From the NCBI GenBank assembly GCA_000934665.2, contig JYFJ02003001.1:1-47509 (forward strand): 47,509 bases of DNA. Reading direction: 5' to 3'. This document shows, piece by piece, positions 11,829 to 26,299 of this stretch. The DNA comes from Catajapyx aquilonaris. Taxonomy: Eukaryota. The notes under the pieces were generated by a model. That model was not told where the DNA came from. It did not search any database and saw only the letters and a list, made by a program, of their open reading frames with translations. The translations under genes and the position numbers were made by a program. Every line of letters begins with the position of its first letter. The stretch's first letter is position 1.

Positions 11829-14800
11829 ACACACCCAGCGCCCCAATCAGGCAGGCGTGTGTGTCGTGCATGAACTCCCATTGTATTCCACCTACGTCAC
11901 TTATAGCTCCCAGAGTTACGGACATCAGCTCTATTTTTGCACCTACTGCATTACCACCGATGTGTAAATAAGTGACGTTAGTTCTTATGCTGGACCATTG
12001 CACATTACACAACGCTCTCTGTTTGCAACGTAGCCATTTTTTATCCAGAGCCATGATGGTTCCACTCGGCTTGTAAAATATTGTGCAACCTGTATATGTT
12101 ATGTCCGGCGGAAAGGAAGCCCCCATACAGCGAGGAAGAAGTGCCAGCCATCAGTCTGCATGAAGGGGCAGTGTGGCAACAGCGTGGGAACACGATGTTC
12201 CTTGTTCCCGGTGTTCGTGCAGCTCGTGCTGCAGATTTTCAGTCATGAGGGACCCCGCCCTCTTCCCTAAGGGATTTAGGAAACTGGGATGAAGAAGCAT
12301 ACAGATCACGGTCATTCTGACAAGGTCACTTTTTTCCAACTGTACAACGGAGAAACTTTGGGGGGTTCCACACTACCACGCTGTTTTGATATATATGGCA
12401 CTTTTGCTTCCCTCAGGCGGGCTCAGAAATAATCATGATGATTGGTGAGTGACACCTATGTGCCTCCAGCACCTATGAGACATACGTACCAAGGCCAACT
12501 AAATTGCGTTTTTAGATGCCGCGGTACCCTTCAAAAGGAGCGACAATGTCATCTATATCAGGCTTCGTAGGCACACAAAAGTTACGGTAAATAATCTGGA
12601 AGTTACTTTCACAATGTCAGGGCGGTACTGACATGTCGCTCTATGCAAGTTGAAGCAAATTATAGAAGCGTTGAATATCGAATTTTTGTTCCCACGCATG
12701 TGGATGTCTTCTGAATATCACGTCTCGCAGGGACGATCAACCAAATAAGCTATACTCGCAGGTACCATATGTATTTAAAAAATGAAATAAAAATATCAAC
12801 TATCAGCAGTATGGTGTTTTCACTTTAGGAGGGTGTTTCATCCGAAATTTGTTCGATATACAGATAGAACTTACCGTGAAAACTGCGCACAAGAGGTGGT
12901 TCACTGTTCATATAAAGGAGCCTTTATAAGACCAGGAGACTAACTGGCGCTAGAGTGTAATTAAATGCATAAAATCCATATAAACAAGCAAGGGGGCCGC
13001 CTCTACGAGTAAATTCGCTCATTAAATCCATTACGAAAGCCGCCCTTTAACGAACTCCCACGCACTAGAGACCACTGACTGCGCTAATTGCTGTGCCCTA
13101 TAACATTAACGACTATTTAGTGACTAAAAACGGCCCCTGGGGTGGGGTCCTTAATTTTTCCAAATTGTGCCGATCTGGCAGCTCCATATGTGGAAGACGA
13201 CGGCCTCCCACCCTTCCACTTATAGAACGTGAGGAATGTGCGGTGTGCATGCGTGCGTCTGCTAGTTACGCGAGGTTGTGGTCACAAGATATCAACACCT
13301 ATCGCTGAATAATAGAAAGCTGCGTCTGGTGCACGTCACTGCCGCCTATGTTAGTCTTGTTTAATGGCAACAAGTGGATTCCTATTAGGACGTGTCACTA
13401 GCTACAACAAACAACAGAGTTTTAGTGTGTGTTAGTGTGTTTACTTTGAAGAGCTGGGGGAATTCAAGGCGTATGATGGATGTCCCGTGTTGGAGATAAT
13501 GGTCATAACGTAATAATAAAAAAGGGCGTCCTTAGGGCACTCCGAACCAAAACAGACTGAAGTTTAGTTAGGAAATCATTAGTCAGAAGTTCGCCAGAGG
13601 CTTCCATGCGAGTCGGATATTAATTTTCTCCTTCGTCAGATAATTGCGTAGAGTTCGTTAGTAATCGTTTCTACTGCAAGGTAGGAACTTTCTCTGGTAC
13701 AGTATACGGCAAACAGTGTAATTGCACGTGGTATGGCAAGCTTTCGTCCCGATTGTCCTTCCAGTAATTATTAGTGGCCAAAATGATTTTGATGCGAAGC
13801 TTAGATTTGTTTAAAAATTAGAACTCAAAGCATGCATATCTGGAGGGACTCTTTGTTAATAATCTCTTAGTTTACCTGACCGACAAGTTTCCAAAAAAAG
13901 GACGGGCGAGGTAAAAAGCGTTCATTCGAGGGTACGACCCAGTTTCAAGAGGCCTGTTACTAGTGAATATAATGCAGTGGTGTGTGGACTTTTTGCCACA
14001 CATTTGCGCAGGGGTTGGCTCAGTGTGTAATCCAGTATTATAATATCACGGATTAAAATCTAGATGAGTCATGTTCCACTTTTGTGATTGCTGGATTTAA
14101 CGCCCAACCAATTCTCCTTGGCATTTTTCCCCCTACCCTGAGTTTGATGGAAATATAATATGAATCGGCGAGACACGCATTCAACGTTGTCCTACATGTG
14201 ACGAGTTGGCACCAAAATTATTATCCTCATACACCGGCATAATGATACACCTGTAGTAAAATAGTTTCATTGCAGGCTTCTACACTGAATCCACATTGCA
14301 CGTCATTCGACTAAAGGTGAAATTTGTTTTCTCACAATAATAACACCCGAACGTGCTGTACTTTTCCTACCACTTAATCCGTACTGTCCTTTTATTATGC
14401 ATTCTACCATTCACGTGCGACCCCACACCCCCGATAAAAAATGTATCAGTAGAAAAATTGCATGCTAGACATTGCAATAAATTAGAGAAACAGGTGGATA
14501 TTGTGGGGTGGGACACATCCGACGGCCTCGTTTTCACAGACATTACTCAGCAAAAAAATATAAGCAGGTATATAAAAAAAAGTGGTAGTAAAAAAGCACA
14601 AAGTTTGCGATGGAATCAAAGGGCGGAAGAAAGGCAGAAGAGGACGGAAATGCGTGAGCGTGACCTTCACACTTCCGCAAGGTGGCAAGTGGAGCGGGAT
14701 AAGCGGGAAACAACACAAAGACCTGCAGGATGGCCCTCGTCAAATGCATCACGCTGAATGCACAAACGGCTCCCCCACTCTTCCAATCCGCATTGTTGTT

Positions 14801-14975
14801 CTCCCTTCCCTCAATGTGGCACGACACCCCTAAAAGAGCTGGCGGGGACGATTTTCCGCCTTTACCACTTAATTAAAGCGTCGCATCGGTTTGAACAACT
14901 GACGCCCAATCCTGGGTTCAAATCTGGGGGGGGGGGGTCATCGATTGGGTGTGACCCAGACGCTTAAAATGCAAT

Positions 14976-15047
14976 AAAACGCGACGCGACGAAAGGAAAC
15001 GCGACGCGACAAAATGAAACGCGTATTTTTCGTCGCGTTTGAAACGC
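14976..15047. repeat. Short direct + inverted AAACGCGACGCGAC repeats (possible DNA-transposon subterminal relic)
   Basis: aaacgcgacgcgac twice, aaacgcg again, then inverted tcgtcgcgttt. Confidence 0.5.
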
Positions 15048-16017
15048 CTGGAGACAATTAGATGGAGATGAAGCTGGATAGTCCTGATGAGATGAAGGCC
15101 AACATATGCGGAGGTCACCAGGAAGGGGAATCGTGCGAGTGGTCTTTTGCATCGGAGGACACGCGACGGGCCATCATGTCTATCGGATGGAGGATCCAAG
15201 GATGGATGGTGGACCAGGAACTCGAGGTGTCACATCAGCATATATTCCATTCCGGTTTTAAAAAAAAGAGTCACATCAGGGTATTTCCTTTTGATGCATG
15301 GTGGCATTGCGTGCGGATGCTGTTAGATGGGTGTGGTTGCAATTGTATGACGAGCAGCAAAAATATTCCGTCGCAGGTATACATGTTGCTTGCCGAAAGT
15401 TTCACGTGAGGGAATGTTTTTTTTTGATCAGTTGGATATAAACGTGAGGTTATAAAAACTCGTACTGATATAAATATGTGAAATATGTGAAATTTTTGGA
15501 ATCATGGGCCTTATTACGCTGTGAACCACACCTATATGATTGAGGCAGCCAACTTGACTCTGGGGTGTATGCGAAATTTCCAACGTCAGAGATCTGAGCT
15601 GAATTTTGAGATACAGGCATAATAAATCGTAGTCTACCTCGAGTGTATAATGTGCTTCAGAGGTTTAGAAAAATGAACCATTAGTGCAGCGTATCTCTTG
15701 AATAAATGCATTGAAATCTCTAATTTTTTTAAAACCGCTAAATCTTCCTCAGGATACGAAAAATTCAAGCACGGTGAAAATATGGCTACAAATTGCATAC
15801 GTGGTATCCATACTTCTCAGAGCAGGCCTTCACAAATTTTCGAAATATTATCCAGTACTGTACTTCATTCAGCTCGCATTCAGGATTCTGACTTTGAAAC
15901 TATTTCTCAAGCCCCATGTCGTCACTATGTGAAATGTCCAAAATCTATAAAGTATCAACTGAAATAAAACCATAAACCATAAAATTGGTAAGATCTTACT
16001 CTGAAGGTAATGGAATA

Positions 16018-16085
16018 CAGTAAAACCTCGATATAACGTTCTTCAAGGGACCGTCCAAAAGTAGCGTTATATCGAAGTTTTACTT
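16018..16085. mobile_element. pogo/Tigger-type MITE, 68 bp
   Basis: TA|CAGTAAAACCTCGATATAACG...CGTTATATCGAAGTTTTACTT|TA: 21-bp TIRs with 2 mismatches, CAGT start and TA flanks, typical of pogo/Tigger. Confidence 0.8.
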
Positions 16086-17429
16086 TATAATTTTGAAATA
16101 ACTTAATTTCAAATTTCATCATTTTTGTGGCACAGGCATTTCAGACTTATGAATTTAATAAATTGTGACACCTACTGTGGTCCTAAAATTATATCAAAGC
16201 ATACCGACAGACTCAAATATTTAATATTAATTTACAGTACAATATGCCTGACATATGAACGTGAAGCATCACCCTGACAAGTCAGCTACAGGCACACCTA
16301 TGCATGATTACGTTACCGTTCTGAATTTCCTCAAGCTTATTTACTGGTACACGTTGGAGGACATTGTTGAATTATTTATCAAGCGCCGTACCGAAAGAGA
16401 TTTTGTGCTACATGTTGTCACACAATAGTTACACCAGACGGCAATGTAAATGAATGCGATTACACATGCTACCAAGCAGCACTAAACTAATGGCAGTGCA
16501 TGGCGTACATGTACACCAGAATATGCATCAGGCACGAACTCGGATATAACAATATACAGACCACTCGGTGCACGTACCCAGCTTCCAAGCCAGACATGCC
16601 GACTCGGAAAAAGACATCCTATAGCTGGTAAAGCACAGCTGCAATGCATTGAAAATTTAAACCGTGCTTGAATTGCTGAACAATAAATTAACACTTCCTA
16701 TTCATGTGATCTTTCATCCTGGTATCACTTAGCATAGTGTAGTCAGAGCAAAAACACACGGCATGTGGGAACCAATATTTGTTGCAAGTTCATTATACGG
16801 AAAATGTAAACAATCGTCCTCCTGATTGGATGTTTAACATAATGTGTGTGCAAATTTCATTTCGTAATTCAATTTTGAAAATTATCGCATCCGTGTCATG
16901 ACAGCTACACTGCTAACACCGCCAAATTGTTATAAAAACTAGAATTAATTGTTATTTCCTCCAAGGCCAATTACATGTACGTGATAATTTCGGGTCCTTT
17001 CCATTCATAATTTCACTGTAATATTGTCAAGTGATTCGAGATAATAGTACAAAAAATGGCTATTCCTTGTAAATGACTGTCGAATGCGGTCATCAACAAT
17101 CTAACATGATGAATGTGTCCACACTGAATGAAAATAACTAGTTGTGACACGCCCAACGTGACCCTGAATAATACTGTGGGCGACGGCACAACAACACCAA
17201 GGTTCCTTCCCTCTGATGGTCAAATGAATCGCGGGTGCAATCAGCAAATCCATTTTAGGCTGGTCACTTCCTTGGCTGATCGTAGAGTACATATGAGGCT
17301 CTTAATCATTTCAGGGCGTCTCATTCAGTAAACACAAAGTGTCAGGTCATTTCAAGTTGGAAGCTTGCACCTGTCTTGTCTGGTCAGTATGGAAAAAATA
17401 ATAGCAGAAAGAATTCGCGTACAGGTTAT

Positions 17430-17565
17430 GATGGCACACCCTGATCAGCTTCCACAAGGCCGTTTACAAAGTGCTGGGTTGTGTCTCAGTCATCTGACAT
17501 GAGTTAGTATTGAACTAGTTATGGCTACCGAGACTTGGGCATTGTTATGACAGATCTGAAATATA
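17430..17565 (+). mobile_element. Decayed CR1-like LINE RT fragment
   Basis: YRDLGIVMTDLKY at 17526-17564 (xRDLGVxxxxDLKF-like), preceded by FTKCWVV (KCxVL-like). Confidence 0.45.
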
Positions 17566-19935
17566 TGAGGGCAACTGGAATTCACTTGTAACTATTTCAC
17601 AACATTCATGCATATTTGAGTAGCTCCACTTCTCGTGTGAAACGCGTAGGATTAAACACGACTATCAATGCGATCATTAATTTATGTTTCGAAACACCCC
17701 TCAGTACCGTGCTGTCTGTATCACAAGCGACGGTTTCAACTGCTACCGATTGCGTAACATAATGATTTCTTTGGACAATATTTTAACAATATTAGTTTTG
17801 ATACTTAAAAACAAGTAAATTTAAGACATGAGACGTTTAAAATATGTATATCCGAATCTATGTTACACTGCACACATAATTAAATCGTGGAAATAAAATG
17901 TAACTTAGTCCATATCTCCGCATTACATGGTGCCAAGGTAAGCGCTCAAGCATGGGATGCTAATCCTCTCTTTTTTTTCCACTTCATGCCACCAACTGCT
18001 GTGACTCTTATAACATGTACAAAATACAATACGCTAGTACCGAGCCCCGTAATCGTGACATTTTTGGGAGGCCCGCCCAGCACCGCCTCTTACTAAGTTT
18101 GTTTCCCGCTTTAGTGGCCTCGCTTACACGGCAAATGCTCCCCTCATTTTATAGTCTTCAAGCTGCGCCAGGAAATTGAACTCATGGTAATGAACCCTCA
18201 CCACTTCCTTGCTCTTTGTTCTATCTAATTTTACCGATGTGTATTTGTGCCATTGTTGCAATGAGGAGACTCTACTTGGGAAAATTTGAACAAATTTCAT
18301 TCCAACTTTACATATATCCAATTTGGGAAAATATTCAATTGCATTTTTCTTATGTCTTATCGTATGGAATCTCCGAATGTAAATATTGCCAGTTTGCAAA
18401 CAATGTATGGAGTTACTACGCGGCACAAATTTTATTTCGCAAATCAACCTGTCGCACTCAGCCCTATACTGGTATTCATTAAGCCTCCCAACAACATAAC
18501 ATTCGCACCTGAAAAACATACAAATTAGTTTGGGCAGACCGGAGCAGTGGTGGCTCACTGCACGACCTTTGAAAACTGGAAATTCCATAAGCAGTCCTTT
18601 TTTTCGCACGTGCTGAAACTTCGCAAACGTCGTAATGGAAACGTGTGATGTATGCGATGAGAAGTGATGATTGGCAGAGGCCAACCACAGGGCGGGGCCA
18701 CCCTGACCTTGCCGGCAACTTGAGATGACCAAAAAATTTTGTCAACCGGCAGTGCACATGCCTTGGGCTTGAACACCTTGACGCTTTCGACATACCCCAA
18801 GTGGAAGGAATGCCAAATTGCCAATCTAGAGATAAATCTCAATGGCAAGGAGAAAAGCCGGCAGGGAAGACGAGTTGCTGGCCGATCCAGAGATTTAATC
18901 AAGGCCTATACATGTATGTTGTTTCCGCTGCAGCTTTTTAATAAATCACGTCCATCCCACATAGACCGCCATTGCATTTTTTTTTACCTACGTCTGATCA
19001 ATCGCGAGCGGTCTTTTCCTTTTTAAGCTGCGTCATCGGCTTCGCTACTTCGCTTTAAATAACCTCGGGAATGTAATTATGCCCAAACAGCGGGGTTCTA
19101 ATGATTTCTTTCATGCACCATGAGTCTGGAGCTACTACTGTAGACGAGATTCATGCTTGCGAGACCGCTTTTTTTGTGTGGTGACATTATTGTTTTCAAG
19201 TACTCACGAACACTAGATAATTATGCAAGAGTGAATGTCAATGTCTCGGTGCTGTCTACAGTCTGATGTTCCGTTTTCATAATAGCTGAGCCCGGAATAA
19301 ATTTAAATATACATTGTAGTTTTTCCCCCATTGTTATCCAGAAATTTATGACCATGAAGTCGCTAATCCCTTTCATTATTTTTCTATTTAAAAAACTGGA
19401 ATCTGTTAGAGAATTAACAATTGAAGTTTTAAACTCCAGCTGAATAAGTTCCGAATCTGTAACCAATCTGTTGCAACCGCGTGAATGCAATACATACTCA
19501 TCTCTTATTATTCAGTATTCGCTATCTAATATTAATGATGCTGCAATAGAGAACACCTTCCGAATACTCCTGTGTATAACTAGTATGTTATGCGTTGGAT
19601 AGTATAGGTGCACAGTTCAAAGCCTCATTCTTGCCTAGATGTAGTTCAAGACATGACCGGGCACTGTCAGACAAATGTTTACCTTCCCTTTTGTTTCCTT
19701 GTCTATTCTAAAGTCCATTAGTTTTGTTGTAGTCTCTTTTTTCCTGACACAGGTGCACACAAAGGGAGAAATGGGCAGTTGGGCAGCAACAGTGACCTAT
19801 TTCCTACAGTGCTTCTGAGCCTTTCACCAACACTTCATCGTCCATTGACTCCGCTTTCAAGGCCCCCGGGAAAAAGTAGCATACTCTTATACTATACAGT
19901 CCTAAACACACTGCACGTCTACCTGGTTGGATGAC

Positions 19936-19989
19936 TAGATAGACAGATAGATACATAGATAGACAGATGGACGGACGGATGGATGGATG
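19936..19989 (+). repeat. Compound tetranucleotide microsatellite (TAGA/CAGA to GGAC/GGAT)
   Basis: tagatagacagatagatacatagatagacagatggacggacggatggatggatg. Confidence 0.9.
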
Positions 19990-22900
19990 TTTCGGTTGGG
20001 TGGTTGATTGGACCTTCGTCAAGACGGATGGAGAAAGGAAGAGGCCGAGAGGTCACTGCCCTCCAAGGGTGAAGCTCATACACCTGTTAACAAGGTGCAC
20101 CTCTCATGAGGCTAATTCGCAATGGCTAATCTTCACCTGGTAGTTTACACTCTCGTAACATACGTCCTGGATACGAGTTATAATTAGGCGCCGACTCAGA
20201 TCTTCCGCAAAGTAATCGCGAGTGTCACGTAAATATGCTACTTGCTATTCTCAACCCATATTTTTTCTCAGAGAGTTCACGCCCATCTTGACTTCCAAGA
20301 CAGTTCATTAGGGCAAGACGTGGAAATACGCCCTGACAAAATTTTCCCCAAAGGTGTAATTGCAATTAACACCCTCCTCTTGATGACAAAAGAATCGCCT
20401 TAGAAACAGTACGTAACCCAACGTGACTATCGGTTGCCAGAAGATTCATTGTTAAACTGCAAGATTTGGCAGTTCCCACATTTGTGGCCAAGTTCCCCTC
20501 CTTTGTAGAGGCATGCAAATGTGGCTGCTTTCCTCCAAAAGCCAGTGAATTATGGGATTCCATTCTCCCGGCAGACAGTGACGTATTTCCTCCAGGGAAG
20601 TGTCATGCCCGCAGGGCTCGGTCGGAAAGCAGTTAATTGGTTGATTGGCTTCACTCGGAGAGTGAAGAATGACCTTTAGGTGAGAAAAAAGAAGTAGAAA
20701 CGACGACACCGTGAAGAAAGAAACAATCACTCGCCTGGCTCTGGATGAAGCGTAATTAATGGCAACACAGGTCATTCGTGTCAGACTCTGATGTGATTAA
20801 AGAGACCTATTGTACCCTGCTGTACGCCTATAGATTCTACTGCACCATCGACATCCACAGTCTGGTGTGTGGTGTCATGAGATCAGTAGCAGCCGAGACA
20901 TACACCATATGCATAGAAATGATGGAAAGTTTCAGGTCACCCTCATTCATATTGTATGTAATGCGCATATAGCAATAAAGTGGAAAAAATTAAAATTATT
21001 ACCATGCCCATATTCATGCTATTTGGTAGTTTAGTGTGATTTTAAGCTCACACGTCGCACTTGACTCACTAATTACGGAAGTAGCTAATACGAACAATAG
21101 AGCGCTTATTTTTGCCAGTGAAGGTCTGACCCTGTTCCAGCAAGTGGTATGCAACAGCACGCAAGACCATTTCCTCGGAAATCCTAAATCGTCATTTTTT
21201 TTTAAAGTGGAGTTTCCGGTGGCCAGAAGACAACTCGAAGGGGGCCGAAACTCGTTCCCAGTAAGTGTCCTGAGAAATAATAGTTGTTGCGTAATGGTCC
21301 AAGCGCCGTAATAATAAGCACAGGTAGAGACGGGAAGAAGATGGAAGGACATGATAACATTCGGCAGGGGGAAAGCAACAAGTAGCACGAAATCCTCCGA
21401 ATTATGATCCATCATGGACGGAGGGAGCCCTTTTTCCGTGGGCACAGGGCATGACCACTTTTTGGCGGCGGGCGAAACAACAAACATGACATCACTTCCG
21501 GACACATCCATATGGTCAGTGGAACCAGGCCCTATCTCCCGGGGCTCGTTTTGCATCCTATATACGTGGTTGTCATGTCAAGTGAGCAACACATGCGGCA
21601 TGTATGCATCGTGTGTCCCGACCACCCTTTCTCGCAGGTCGATTGTGTAACGTCTGCCTCATCACTCACATTTTCACTGTTACATTTAATTGTCAGGCTA
21701 TTTCCATGACCGGTTTCGTAATTTGCAGTATTTGGGTTACCGCACGTGTGTCGAATGTCGCAACGTGATGAAGCACAACAATGCGGGGCTTCCTATTGTG
21801 TGGAAATCAGCTTCGCACACATTTCCTAAGGAGATGAAATCCTGAAATAATAATGATTCACGTCAATCAGCCATCGATGGCACCTCGTAATAATCGGAAA
21901 ATATTTTTCACATATTATGCCATATGTGTACGGGCGTGTGTATGTCTACTCTGGGACTTTTTGCTGCTTATAATTTCGCATGTCCTGGAGGAAAACACAT
22001 GTGGAGCGAGAGACCACTCCACCGTGCAGTGCCTCAATTATTATTAAATTCGGGTCGGAAGTGGTGATACTTCCTGGTGATAAGAATGATATCCTTGCCT
22101 ACGTTCAGACTACATTTGTTGTATCGGCAAATGCTGCTTGCAAGTGGCATGCACTTTTCGCAGTATGTTTTTTTCCCCCTCCCATGCCCCAGCTGACTCG
22201 GCCCCCATACAGTATGTAAAGACTTACGAATTATGTGATTCATCTAATCGACCGCCAATTCGTGACTACTATTTCCTGACCCTAGCCACCAGCACCAGTT
22301 CGAATAATGCCATTTCAGTAGGTCCCCGTGGCCTTTCAGCACCTCAAATTGGCACAAGCCAAGTGGAATCATGGGCCATTTATAATGTGAAATTGACTGA
22401 ACCAGATTGACAAAGACATCATTCTGGCAATATAGAGAACAGATGAAAGCTGATTCACTCCATTTGAACCATATAACTGAGTCAGCCACGAGGGAGAAAC
22501 AATGTTTATCAAGACATTGTGCGCATGGCGGCTCTCTTGTCTGCACTTCCCCAACTGTTAGAAGCCTACTTTTTTTTATTCCATGTTATCACCGCTGATT
22601 GGATCTCCACACCATTCTCGACGCCTCGATTGCCAATTACCGTTAATTATGAGTGCCTACTTAAATCATTCAACCATCCCTGGCGCTTATTCGTCCCCAA
22701 CTGCCAGCCACGTGTCTCGCGTGTATATGAACCCACATGCTGATTCACTCTATTTAGGATCCTACGACTGATTTCTGATGCACTATGAGCGACTTGCGAG
22801 CCACTCGCAACCAATATAGTCGTGACATGTCCGATGTGAAACAGAATGATTCGCTTCTTTTAGCGACAAATCCCTCGACGGAAAAAAATGCTGTTGCATT

Positions 22901-25333
22901 ATGGGCGTAGTGCGCTACAAGTAGGTCCTTTAGGGATCCCCCTGACTCTCATCTGCATACAATACAGCTTTCGGAATGCCCGTTCTTCACGCCTTGGGAA
23001 GCCCACGAGAGGAGTAAGTGCAGTGACGGGGAACAATGATGAACTCGGGCAAACGACCGCCACGCCTCTATAGGCAAATCCTCTGATAATCACAATTATG
23101 GGTCGCTTGGACCTTTTCCAGGAACTAACCTCGGTGCACTATAATTCGCCCACGGGGAAGAAGAGAAAGGCGGAAATTAAATAGCATCAATGCGAGCTGC
23201 AAGAAGTAGAAAAAAAAGGGGGGAGTTCAATAAGTGAGATTGGTCTTGGCTGCCACCGCTGGTACCAAGAGTACGCAATTTTCGGTTGAGGAAATATGCA
23301 CGTAAAAAGAGCTCATTGCAGCCACAATATTCCGCAATCGAATCAACATGTCTGCAATACATCGGTTTTAGCATGTGTGCCAGCAGTCACGTAGCTCTTA
23401 TGTACTATTTTTGCACACTTCACTTGCCTCATTTCCCATATCTTGACCATTCTCAACACAACTTGCCATTCTGGGATTTAATGGGCATATTCTCATGTAG
23501 ATAATGCTCCTGGGCTTGTATACAAATATCACAAATTAAAAGCGGTCGTCCATGATTATTTTGTTTGTTTCGCGCTAAAATATTATATGACGCAAATGAT
23601 GTTTTTCACCGCCAATTTTGGAGAACAATAACAAAATATTGTGTTATCATCATTACTGTCATTCTTAGGCTATTTGGCGTGAAAAATGGCTTAAACGTCA
23701 ACAAGATACGAGATATCTAGAAAATGCAATGGCACCTTCGTTTCTCAGAACTGACAGGAGAAATACGTACTACAATACCATACCGGCCCCTTTGTAGTAA
23801 TTATCGCTACAAAAATAAGGCAACTTAAGGCCAACTCTTGCATTACTGAAGATATATCCACAACCCCAGGTTGTTAAAAACTGTTGGCAACAATGATCTA
23901 AACAAGTGCTACACCACCAGACAACCATCTGATCAGACTCACCCTAGCTGAATCACCACAACATTATCACCATAAATACCTTTCAGATGCAATACGTGCA
24001 AATGGAACTGGGAACCCACAAAAAATATTTAGTGGTGACGAGAGCGTCGTGTTGCCAAGTTAATGGGAGATAAAGGCGTACAGGATTATTAGTCACATGG
24101 AAAAGGCGGGCGGCCCAAAATATATGGGTCGGATATAAGGGTTGGTTCCCGCAATTATCTACTTGAGGGGTCTCATTCCTTGATTACAAACCTTCGCGGA
24201 TGTTGATGGGAGGTGCCGCGGGCACTTTATTATTATTATTTTTTCCATTCGGAATAAATAGATATGAAGTGGAATTATCCAGCTCAAACAGGGCCACTCC
24301 TTGTTTTCTCGCACGGAAACGCTGCACGCGAGTTCCGTTTCCTAAATAGTTCTCCGATTTTGATAGAATCTTCATTGAAAAGAATGGGGAAGCACTATAT
24401 AATTTCAGAATGTGTTCAAATATCAGAACGTGTCTTTTAAAAATTAAAAAAAAAATCTGGGCAGTTTAATTATAACAAACGTTCATTTCTTGGAGGAAAT
24501 TTTACATATCAAGGATTTAGTATTGCTTGTACTGTATCTGATGTATTGTTCAAATGCGTACCTCTATTCGTTAGGCTCATTGTTTCATTCCAGACAGGCT
24601 TATGTAAAAAAAAAAATGCAATTCGTCCTGGTAAAAAAATGAGTCATATTTTTATCCTGGTTATCCCATGAGAACCCTGTGAAATACTGTACATGGATAC
24701 AATAGGTAGATTGTGCAAAGTTACGCAAACAGAACGAGCAGGAAAGAGGAAACGGAGTGAAATTGGACACGCGGAAATAGCTGCCCTTCACTTCTTGTCT
24801 CATGGGTCAAGGCCAGCTTCGCTTTAGTAATCTTGGCCAATATTGTCTCTGACCAAGGTGGAATAATATTAATACACGAAGCATATGATTAGATGAAATG
24901 TATACAATGAGCACAATAATTTATCGATGTGTGAATTTCATTGATATTGTTCGGGTCCAAACCTTGCTTTCACACAATCATGTGTATAGTACATTATTAT
25001 GCAGTATTACAAACTGCATGACAACGACATCCAGTTCTTTAAATAAAGGAGGTCATGCGGTATAAATAAATATGGCCTCCAAATGACGTAGTTAGGTTGC
25101 AACAATGGGAAGAATATTTATTGAACAGGAAATGATCGATGCAGATACCCGTTAAAAAAGCGACCCGCATTTATAGGTATGTTTCATGAGTAATCTGCAA
25201 GAGTAATCACACTATCCTTTTTCCATCCTTAAAAGTAGCACTATTGTGTGAGTTGTGTCACTTTTCGTGATCTTGACGAGGACAAAGGAACACATGCGTC
25301 ATAACTGTCATAATAGCCATCCTCGTGGAATGA

Positions 25334-25490
25334 ATGCTTAAAACCTTTGATGTGGTATCAGACATCGCTGCAGATTTAAATCACCTGGAACTCTGCTGGA
25401 CAACTCTCCTTGTAAAGAAGACAAAGAAGACAATCACTAACTGTAAGTTGCGCACTCGACTCCTTGACATCACCTATGACAAAAATTCTG
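25334..25490 (+). mobile_element. Decayed LINE RT fragment (post-YADD region)
   Basis: DIAADLNHLE..W..LVKKTK...RLLDITYDKN resembles QxDLNxLxxW...NVKKTK...KLLGITxDxN. Confidence 0.4.
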
Positions 25491-26299
25491 GTTGCAAAAG
25501 AATTTTACCTAATTCTGTATTAGGTTAAAGACGGTGAAGGTACGCTTAATGCTCATTATTTCTATTCCCATCCATCCTACGCACCCAATGACGCAAACAA
25601 CAGTTGCTTGGTTTACAAGCCTGTATGGGAAGCATAAATTAGACCACTTGTCACTCGGAGCTCAATTGTATTCCCGTTCTGTAAATTCATATGTCTATAG
25701 GAGGCTCCTCAGGAGGAATCCACTGATCTACACAGCGAATAAAAATAATCAGAAATGCTATAGACATACTATACAACTCAGCCATAGGCTGCATGGAGGG
25801 GGATGCTGATAAACCATTGTACATATATATGACCACTGACCATGACTTCTGTTCTGACACACGTATTATGAAAGGTCCACGACTGCCGGGGGCTTTAGAG
25901 GGCTCCCTATACCACTCTTTCTTTTCTTTTCTGGGCCTCCCTTGAACTCGTGCCTATCCTCTCTCAGTGTGAAACCAAGCTGATAATCACGAAACTAAAG
26001 GTACCGTTTTACTCTACAGAATATTACATCACCCATTTTCCTCTTGCAATGCTTCATTGTAATCAGTCATATTTTTATCTTTATTCAGAATTCGACAAAA
26101 AAACACATATGTTTTTAAAACCTTTCGTGGAACACATTTTTAAAAAACAACATTAGTGATCAGCATAAAAATATCGTGTAGAATCATCACTACAAACACG
26201 CCCATGTATGTTTTAAAAACTTTTTTTTCCAGCCTTGTAAAAGCCACCAATTTTGCTTCAATACTAGCCTAAGGCATTACAAACATATTTTTGCTCGCC

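Noticed and set aside
15480..15960. Sequence with the look of DNA-transposon internal regions
   Set aside because: No TIR or TSD could be defined.
18124..18732. 202-aa minus-strand ORF
   Set aside because: No domain, non-ATG start, composition typical of non-coding DNA, and it overlaps a decayed foldback.
21014..21556. 180-aa minus-strand ORF starting MQNEPRE
   Set aside because: No recognisable motif or supporting splice structure.
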